Shown piece after piece: positions 1 through 5,515 of a stretch of DNA of 17,607 nucleotides (positions are counted from its first letter, which is position 1; each line of letters starts with the position of its first letter). The position numbers were made by a program, and so were the translations under genes. The DNA comes from a virus. The notes beneath the pieces are model-generated. The model searched no databases. It was given only the letters and a program-made list of their open reading frames with translations, and was not told the DNA's origin. The stretch lies in IMG/VR virus record IMGVR_UViG_3300035682_001995; one strand, written 5' to 3'.

Positions 1-1
1 T

Positions 2-1075
2 GTAGGATCCAGGAGCGGTGCATCTATTACCACAGCTAGCAACAATATCACATTGGGCAATCTAACATTGTGCTCCAATACAACCGGAGACAGCAACGTA
101 GCCATCGGACACAATGCACTATCATCCTCCAATACCGGTAACACATCATCCACAGCCAATGTGGCTGTGGGAGCCAACTCTTTGCAGGCAGTAACGAATG
201 GTAATTCCAATGTGGCTGTGGGATCTAGAGCAGCCTTGGCTATTACTACTGGGTGTGGCAACATCGTATTGGGTAATACATCCTTGATCAGCAATACCAC
301 CGGATCATTCAATATTGCGGTTGGAACCAATGTGTTGTGTAGCATGAATGCCGCCACCACAAGTGCATCTGCTAACATTGCAGTGGGCGCATACAGCCAA
401 AGTTCATCAACCACAGGCAGTGGCAATACCAGTTTGGGTAATTTAACTCTTATTGCTGCAACCACTGGTTCCTGCAACACTGCTGTTGGTGCATGTGCAG
501 GATGTAATATCACCACTGGCACCAATAATACCTTCCTGGGATACAGGGCGGTAGCAGCCACAATAACAGACAGCAACACAATCACTTTGGGCAACAGTGC
601 TATCACCACTATCAGAGCACAAGTTACCAGCATTACTGCACTATCCGATTGTAGAGACAAAACCAACATTGTGGGCATTCCAGTGGGCTTGAACTTCATA
701 AGAGAAGTAAGACCAGTCAAGTTCACCTGGAACATGAGAGATCGTGCTCAGGTGGGCGTGGATGATGCAGGATTTATTGCACAGGAATTGGATGCACTCA
801 GCACTTGCTGGGGTGTGGAATGGTTGAATCTTGTGAAAAAAGACAATCCCAACAGATTTGAAGCCACTCCCAACAGACTGTTTCCAGTAGTGATCCAAGC
901 TATCAAAGATTTGGCCGATAGGTTGGATCAACAAAGTCAGCATCCATTGAAGGTTGCTAAATTCACAACTGAAACAAGAGATCAATTGGAAGTGCAAGAC
1001 GGTATGCTGATCTACAATGTCAATGAATCCAAATTCCAGGGATATGCCAATGGCGCATGGATAAACCTAGGTTGA
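2..1075 (+). CDS. Tail-fibre/tail-spike-like protein, 5' end outside the window. YadA-head-like (Hep_Hag) NxA(V/I)G repeats followed by a C-terminal peptidase S74 intramolecular-chaperone auto-processing domain.
   Basis: The frame is open from nt 2. The track ORF (53..1075) translation carries serial NVAIG / NVAVG / NIAVG / NTAVG repeats. The C-terminal ~100 aa (ALSDCRDKTNIVGIPVGLNFIREVRPVKFTW...VIQAIKDLADRLDQQ) match the endosialidase-type chaperone domain, including a Ser-x4-Lys dyad (SDCRDK). The stop is TGA at 1073-1075, immediately followed by an in-frame TAG. Confidence 0.75.
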   Translation, partial: VGSRSGASITTASNNITLGNLTLCSNTTGDSNVAIGHNALSSSNTGNTSSTANVAVGANSLQAVTNGNSNVAVGSRAALAITTGCGNIVLGNTSLISNTTGSFNIAVGTNVLCSMNAATTSASANIAVGAYSQSSSTTGSGNTSLGNLTLIAATTGSCNTAVGACAGCNITTGTNNTFLGYRAVAATITDSNTITLGNSAITTIRAQVTSITALSDCRDKTNIVGIPVGLNFIREVRPVKFTWNMRDRAQVGVDDAGFIAQELDALSTCWGVEWLNLVKKDNPNRFEATPNRLFPVVIQAIKDLADRLDQQSQHPLKVAKFTTETRDQLEVQDGMLIYNVNESKFQGYANGAWINLG

Positions 1076-1081
1076 TAGAAT

Positions 1082-1111
1082 AACCTCACAGTATGCAACT
1101 ACTGTGAGGTT
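1082..1111. terminator. Perfect 12-bp hairpin (AACCTCACAGTA-tgcaac-TACTGTGAGGTT) between convergent genes. Candidate bidirectional intrinsic terminator.
   Basis: The inverted repeat is seen directly. It sits 7 nt after the tail-fibre stop and about 30 nt after the stop of the minus-strand gene 1142..1558. The flanking T-tracts are only moderate. Confidence 0.4.
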
Positions 1112-1141
1112 TCAATTCCTGAAGATTTTGGTGGATTTATT

Positions 1142-1558
1142 CTATCTGCGTTTACCCAGTTCAGTCATCTTCAAATTACCGGCATATTGCACAGGACCTT
1201 TGTGATACAAAGGCATGAGATTGGCCTTTTTGGCTTGTGCTGCCTTGAGTGCAACTGATTCGCGGTCAGCCATCACAGGATCATCTGCATAGGTGCGTTG
1301 CCACTCACTGTCAAATACACTCTTTTTGAATCCACCCACGCCAAATCCATTACTGCATTCCAGATCTGTTTTTTCAGGCTTGACAGTGCGAGTGAGTTTG
1401 CCTGTGGATTTGGCTCTGCTTGCCAGTTGATCGGGATGAATGCCCTGCTTGCACAACCAAGCTTCATGTTCAGCTTTGGCCTTTTGCTGTTTAGCAGATG
1501 GCTTCTTGCGGGAATTGCCAATGTTGTTATAGGCAGGACCCAGTAAGTGCATGGTCAT
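1142..1558 (-). CDS. Hypothetical basic protein, 138 aa from the ATG at 1558.
   Basis: The track ORF is 1142..1603. The internal ATG at 1558 is preceded by GAGGAG with a 7-nt spacer (minus strand ...GAGGAGTTTGACAATG), so 1558 is the likelier start. No recognisable domain. Confidence 0.5.
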   Translation of the reverse strand: MTMHLLGPAYNNIGNSRKKPSAKQQKAKAEHEAWLCKQGIHPDQLASRAKSTGKLTRTVKPEKTDLECSNGFGVGGFKKSVFDSEWQRTYADDPVMADRESVALKAAQAKKANLMPLYHKGPVQYAGNLKMTELGKRR

Positions 1559-1612
1559 TGTCAAACTCCTCAACCTTCTATAATCTAGCACATGTGCATT
1601 CATGCGTCAAAG

Positions 1613-1642
1613 AAAAAAGGTGGTGTAATCAAATACACCACC
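1613..1642 (-). terminator. Rho-independent terminator on the minus strand. 9-bp GC-rich stem (GGTGGTGTA / TACACCACC) followed by T6 on the transcribed strand.
   Basis: Plus strand reads aaaaaaGGTGGTGTAatcaaaTACACCACC. On the minus strand the hairpin is followed by TTTTTT. It lies downstream of the gene 1739..1996. Confidence 0.45.
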
Positions 1643-1738
1643 CTTGAGTAACTAGTAACATTCAAATATTCTCTCAATTCACTGGGTGATCAAGAGTATC
1701 AAAATTGGATTTATTATAATCTATTTAGACTAGAGCAG

Positions 1739-1996
1739 TCATGACCTTTCAAAGGTGATCTTGCTGCGACTGCCATTCTTGTCCCTGGCACTGATGCTAT
1801 AGGATGTGAGCCCCTTGTAGTTGGTGCGAGTGTTCACACGCAAACCCAGCTTGCGCAGTTCACTCATTCTTGCACGTAGACTGCGAACATTCCACATTGC
1901 CTGGGCCTGAGCAGACGTGAGTTCACGGCCAGTGCCTCGCAGATAATTCACAATCTTTTGTGCTTGACTGACATCAGTAGTTGTAATGGTTGCCAT
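1739..1996 (-). CDS. Small hypothetical protein (85 aa), possibly a winged-helix DNA-binding protein.
   Basis: AAGGAGG sits 6 nt upstream of the ATG at 1996. The segment TSAQAQAMWNVRSLRARMSELRKLGLRV resembles an HTH/wing (weak, by eye). Local GC is higher than the window average. Confidence 0.5.
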   Translation of the reverse strand: MATITTTDVSQAQKIVNYLRGTGRELTSAQAQAMWNVRSLRARMSELRKLGLRVNTRTNYKGLTSYSISARDKNGSRSKITFERS

Positions 1997-2118
1997 AGTA
2001 TGCCTCCTTGTTGCTTGTTTTTGAGCTATGCAATACTCAAAATTTAAGCTAACAAACAGGCAACGTCAAGCACTCCACCAAGATAGTTGGTGGAGTCTCA
2101 ACTCACACTCCAGGACTA

Positions 2119-2403
2119 TTAGGCAACCATGCGCTGGTCACCATCACCAGCATCACCAACTTCCTCAGCCACAGTTTCAGCAGTGGGGATGGTGAGTCCG
2201 CGACGTGCAGCAAGATCAGCTGCCATCACAGTCTTGAAGGCATCTTCCTTGGTCATCTCGCCAGGCAGCTCGACGAACTCAATGTTCTCGAAGCCTTCCT
2301 TGGTCATGGTCTTGATGCGTGCATCAGCACGACCATTGGTAAAGCGAAACTTGTCCTTGCCCTTGTAGATGGCAGCGCCAATGTGAGTGAAAGTCTTGGC
2401 CAT
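2119..2403 (-). CDS. Hypothetical protein (94 aa).
   Basis: ATG at 2403 with GAGGAG 10 nt upstream and a sigma70-like promoter further upstream. GC is about 53%, above the window average. No recognisable motif. Confidence 0.5.
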   Translation of the reverse strand: MAKTFTHIGAAIYKGKDKFRFTNGRADARIKTMTKEGFENIEFVELPGEMTKEDAFKTVMAADLAARRGLTIPTAETVAEEVGDAGDGDQRMVA

Positions 2404-2443
2404 AGCTGTTGTTCTCCTCTGTTTTGAATCAGCTTATGTCATC

Positions 2444-2471
2444 AATATAGCATCTGACTCTGATCAGTCAA
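2444..2471 (-). promoter_or_regulatory. Sigma70-like promoter on the minus strand: TTGACT-N16-TATATT, driving gene 2119..2403.
   Basis: Minus strand reads cattgactgatcagagtcagatgctatattgatgac. The -35 box is RC of plus 2466-2471 and the -10 box is RC of plus 2444-2449. Confidence 0.4.
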
Positions 2472-2515
2472 TGGGATTTTTTGCCAAAATAACTGATTAA
2501 ACCCCTAATTGATTG

Positions 2516-2543
2516 TTGACATTTTTGCGCCTGGTGCTATTAT
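2516..2543 (+). promoter_or_regulatory. Sigma70-like promoter on the plus strand: TTGACA-N16-TATTAT. The predicted start falls at or next to the ATG of the PTH2-like gene (possible leaderless mRNA).
   Basis: Plus strand reads gattgTTGACAtttttgcgcctggtgcTATTATcaggtttATG. It is divergent from the minus-strand promoter above. Confidence 0.4.
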
Positions 2544-2550
2544 CAGGTTT

Positions 2551-2976
2551 ATGAAAAAGAATTCACCCGTTTACGCATATGTTTTGATGAGAAATGATCT
2601 GGCCAGCCTGGGCGCAGGCAAGGCAGCAGCACATGCTCATCATGCAGGAACAAGAATGACCTACCATGTACGCAAGCATGGCACCAGGGCACAAAAAGAT
2701 GTGCTCAACACCTGGGAACAGGAATGTGAGGGTGTGGGCACCACCATCGTGTTGAGTTGCGATGAAGAAACCATGAAGTGGTGTGTGGCAGAAATTGAAA
2801 AACTGCGAGATCAGGGTTGCAGTGCAGGTGTGTGGCGTGACCCCACCTATCCCAGCACCACAGAGCGTGGGTTCTGTTTGATGGCAGTGGATGTGTGTGC
2901 CTGGGTTCTGGGCAGCAAGGACGATCTTTCACCTATCCTCAGCGACCTGCCTCTCATGAACAATTGTGCATGGTAA
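2551..2976 (+). CDS. Peptidyl-tRNA hydrolase, PTH2 (archaeal/eukaryal-type) family.
   Basis: The segment YAYVLMRNDLASLGAGKAAAHAHHAG matches the PTH2 core (vVRtDLkMgkGKiaAQcaHAa). Downstream, W..G..TIVLSCDEETM...VWRDP matches the W-G-K-vvlk...eel / DAGrT blocks. The track ORF begins at a TTG (2509). The ATG at 2551 is the likelier start. Confidence 0.55.
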   Translation: MKKNSPVYAYVLMRNDLASLGAGKAAAHAHHAGTRMTYHVRKHGTRAQKDVLNTWEQECEGVGTTIVLSCDEETMKWCVAEIEKLRDQGCSAGVWRDPTYPSTTERGFCLMAVDVCAWVLGSKDDLSPILSDLPLMNNCAW

Positions 2977-2979
2977 CAC

Positions 2980-3189
2980 ATGCAAGTGACCTTGACTCTG
3001 TCAAAAGAACAAATTCATAAATGGCAACAAGTGTGGACTCACAACGGATTTAGAGACTGGAATGATGCTGGTAGTTGGCTCTGGTGTAATTACCGAGCCA
3101 ATGCCTATCGTGATCGTGGAGGCATGCTGTTTGTTTTTGAAACGCAAGAAGAACAAACGTCATTTTTGCTCTCCTGGCTGTCTGACTAA
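2980..3189 (+). CDS. Hypothetical protein (69 aa), apparently translationally coupled to the upstream PTH2-like gene.
   Basis: Its ATG lies 3 nt after the upstream TAA (TGGTAACACATG). It is Trp-rich. No SD and no recognisable motif. Confidence 0.35.
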   Translation: MQVTLTLSKEQIHKWQQVWTHNGFRDWNDAGSWLWCNYRANAYRDRGGMLFVFETQEEQTSFLLSWLSD

Positions 3190-3418
3190 TAGGCCTATTC
3201 CACATGATATGGCGTGAATACAGAGATATATGGAAAAACCAAACTCTCTACATAGTAAGTCTATCATCAGAAGAATGGCCCAGTGCAACCTTGCATGAAA
3301 TAGTGCATGGTCTCTGCTTCCAGAGACCCGCCGAATTACCGCTATCTTACAGCATCATAACTTGTGAACTGTTTGTTATTCACCAGCTATTATTAGCATG
3401 GGCATCGCACATTGTCAA

Positions 3419-3859
3419 CTACAAAGTATATTCAAAATTTTGCGTGTGTGAATTTATTTGCAGCAACTGAGCACCATTTTTGATGTGAAATTTGGTTGCC
3501 ATGTCCGTGAGAGGACTGAGAGTCACCAATCTTTGGATGTGACCCAAATTAGTCTTCACATGATTTCTCGCATGAACAATCATGGCCTGACCTCCACCTT
3601 TTTCAATAGCCCAGATGGTGTATAACACTGCCACTGTGGCATCAGTGCCCTGATAGCTGAACAATTGTTGCTCTTGAGTAGGCACTGTATCTGTGAATGC
3701 CACACATACCACACTCTGCGGCTCATCCTGCTCGTTTAACAGCACCCAAACACTGGCATTATTGCCCACTCGCTGATGTGGGGGAATATGAGGACGAACA
3801 GGATCTTCTTTGATCAATTCCATCAAGGGATCGTGGATATCCTCTAGAGTTACCAGCAT
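3419..3859 (-). CDS. Hypothetical protein (146 aa from the ATG at 3859). Weak resemblance to a GNAT-type acetyltransferase.
   Basis: The track ORF 3419..3913 starts at TTG. The internal ATG at 3859 has AGGAG 8 nt upstream. The segment VAVLYTIWAIEKGGGQAMIVHA is loosely like GNAT motif A. Confidence 0.4.
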   Translation of the reverse strand: MLVTLEDIHDPLMELIKEDPVRPHIPPHQRVGNNASVWVLLNEQDEPQSVVCVAFTDTVPTQEQQLFSYQGTDATVAVLYTIWAIEKGGGQAMIVHARNHVKTNLGHIQRLVTLSPLTDMATKFHIKNGAQLLQINSHTQNFEYTL

Positions 3860-3926
3860 GTGTGCGTCTCCTATAATACACATATTTAAAGACGCAGCAC
3901 TAGTGTATTTCAAATAGCTAGACTTT

Positions 3927-4184
3927 TTAGCACCAATTCAAATCAAAATATGTTTTGTATGCTTTGTCACAAAAATACACTGTGAGCAAAGTTTTTTTCT
4001 GATCACTGCTCCAATGCTGCCAACTGAGTTGGCCCATATGTTCCAGACACCATTTGATGATCAGTTGACTGCGTTCCTGATCCAGGTTGTGCAATTCAGT
4101 TTTGTAGGGCCAGTGCTTTGCCATGGGTTTGTATTTAAGATCTACTCTGCTAGGTATTGTGGATCCCACTGCAATACAAACCAT
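3927..4184 (-). CDS. Hypothetical protein (85 aa).
   Basis: Track ORF. It overlaps the next ORF by 43 nt in another frame. No SD. Confidence 0.3.
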   Translation of the reverse strand: MVCIAVGSTIPSRVDLKYKPMAKHWPYKTELHNLDQERSQLIIKWCLEHMGQLSWQHWSSDQKKTLLTVYFCDKAYKTYFDLNWC

Positions 4185-4372
4185 ACAAAAAGTTCATGAG
4201 TTCTAAAGATCAATGCCATATTCAAGGGATCAATATCCCAATCATCTGCGTCAAAATTATCCTTGCACCATTCTATTTGGTCCTTGACCAAATGTGGTAA
4301 TTTGTCCTTGTGACCAAAATTGACTATATCTATAGTGCGTAATTTATAGCTGGGATAGGGAACTGCTGTCAT
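4142..4372 (-). CDS. Hypothetical protein (76 aa from the ATG at 4372).
   Basis: Track ORF 4142..4381 starts at TTG. The first ATG is at 4372. It overlaps ORF 3927..4184 out of frame, so the two may be one frameshifted gene. Confidence 0.3.
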   Translation of the reverse strand: MTAVPYPSYKLRTIDIVNFGHKDKLPHLVKDQIEWCKDNFDADDWDIDPLNMALIFRTHELFVWFVLQWDPQYLAE

Positions 4373-4433
4373 CTTGTCCAAGAATGCGGCAAGAATTGTT
4401 GCAGAGTCAATTTGTAGGAGATTATGGAAATTT

Positions 4434-4558
4434 TGGTAGGCCCCCTCCGGTTCGAACGGAGATATGCTCGCTTATAGTTTGGGGATTGAGGAGTTGAACC
4501 TCATTGTGTAACCTACATCCCCCGAGGCGAGTTCATTCACCAATTATGATAGAGGCCC
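4434..4558 (-). tRNA. tRNA-Pro (anticodon CGG) with a 48-nt insert between positions 37 and 38 (insert 4473..4520). CCA is encoded.
   Basis: Hand-folded cloverleaf. Acceptor: GGGCCTC/GGGGCCT (two G-U pairs). D-arm: TCAT-AATTGGTGA-ATGA. Anticodon stem: CTCGC...GCGAG, with loop CTCGGG + insert + A. Variable region: CATAT. T-arm: CTCCG-TTCGAAC-CGGAG. Then A-CCA. Confidence 0.6.
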
Positions 4559-4575
4559 TTACCAACTGTTCATAT

Positions 4576-4602
4576 ATTATGTGCTAGATATGGGTTTGTC
4601 AA
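4576..4602 (-). promoter_or_regulatory. Sigma70-like promoter upstream of tRNA-Pro: TTGACA-N15-CATAAT (or N17-TAATAT).
   Basis: Minus strand reads gtgTTGACAaacccatatctagcaCATAATatatgaacagttggta, followed by the tRNA 5' end. Confidence 0.35.
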
Positions 4603-4706
4603 CACATAATATATAAATAAAGATGGTAATCCTGTTGCTACGAACAACAGGAAACCCGGCTTGGAGCCCCAGGCTGTCCCACACATATATTTACTTGGAG
4701 ATTCCT

Positions 4707-5195
4707 ATGTTTATCAATAACAAATATACCTCTTGGTATATCTCATTGGTTAGTAATGCTCAAACTAGAAATTTAGATAGATCTGTCTATACTGAAAAAC
4801 ATCATATTATTCCCAAGAGCCTAGGGGGCAATGATGCAAAAGATAATCTTGTTAGACTTACTGGCAAAGAACATTTTGTAGCACATTTATTACTTACCAA
4901 AATGACCTTTGGGGTCAATGCAAGAAAAATGGCCTTTGCCTTGTGGCGGATGACACAAGATAATAAGAAACGAGACAGGTTCCGAATGTCTTCTCGGCAA
5001 TATCAAAATATCAAAACTGGCATGAGCGAGGCAATGAAGGTACATAACAAAGGCAAGAAACTTTCTCCAGAGCATATTCAGAAAGTAAAAGAGGGAATAG
5101 CAGCAAAAGGCGGGGCACATAATAAAGGCAAATCTATGAGCGAGGATCAGAAACACACGCGCCTTTTGGCTAGGGGTGATTGGGAATGTTCATAA
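4707..5195 (+). CDS. HNH homing endonuclease with NUMOD3-like repeats. It ends at a TAA that interrupts a NUMOD3 motif.
   Basis: Translation reads MFINNKYTSWYISLVSNAQ...EKHHIIPKSLGGNDAKDNLVRLTGKEHFVAH (the HNH motif), then repeated GKKLSPEHIQKVKEG / GKSMSEDQKHTR blocks. GGAG sits 6 nt upstream of the ATG at 4707. The track ORF starts at 4623. Confidence 0.8.
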   Translation: MFINNKYTSWYISLVSNAQTRNLDRSVYTEKHHIIPKSLGGNDAKDNLVRLTGKEHFVAHLLLTKMTFGVNARKMAFALWRMTQDNKKRDRFRMSSRQYQNIKTGMSEAMKVHNKGKKLSPEHIQKVKEGIAAKGGAHNKGKSMSEDQKHTRLLARGDWECS

Positions 5196-5444
5196 GAAAC
5201 TCGCCAAAAAATATCTCAAGGGGTTAAGAGAAGAGCCGCAGATAGATCTAAACCCTATCAGAAAGGCATTCCTAGATCTCGTATGACATTTGTGTTACAG
5301 AATTCAATTACTCAAGAGCAGGTGGAAACCTGTAATTTGAGACAGTGGTGTGTATCCCAAGGATTCTCTAGTGGCATGATTTATCTGAATAAATCTCCCT
5401 GGAAGATAATATCCAAGGTACCCTTACATAAGGGACAATTGTAA
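5196..5444 (+). pseudogene. In-frame continuation of the HNH endonuclease after the TAA (likely the C-terminal DNA-binding part). Together this is a nonsense-interrupted homing endonuclease gene.
   Basis: The frame stays open for 82 codons right after the TAA. It reads S*ETRQKISQGVKRR...LRQWCVSQGFSSGMIYLNKSPWKIISKVP. A TAA-to-GAA change would restore a perfect NUMOD3 core (SEETRQKIS). There is no independent start or SD. Confidence 0.45.
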
Positions 5445-5462
5445 TCAAATAGAGAAAGAAAA

Positions 5463-5488
5463 GGCCGGAGAAGTTTCCTTCTCCGGCC
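5463..5488 (-). terminator. Rho-independent terminator for the MVP-like gene. Perfect 11-bp stem (GGCCGGAGAAG-tttc-CTTCTCCGGCC), followed on the minus strand by TTTTCTTTCTCTATTT.
   Basis: The inverted repeat is seen directly, 28 nt downstream of the MVP stop (5516-5518). Confidence 0.6.
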
Positions 5489-5515
5489 ATTCCCAAGTAG
5501 TATTGGATCTGCTTG

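Noticed and set aside
3204-3470. 88-aa plus-strand ORF in the 3190-3418 gap
   Set aside because: No SD. It overlaps the better-supported minus-strand gene 3419..3859, and its translation looks random. The gap is more likely non-coding. It contains an 8-bp hairpin GGTCTCTG-cttc-CAGAGACC at 3309..3328 of unclear function.
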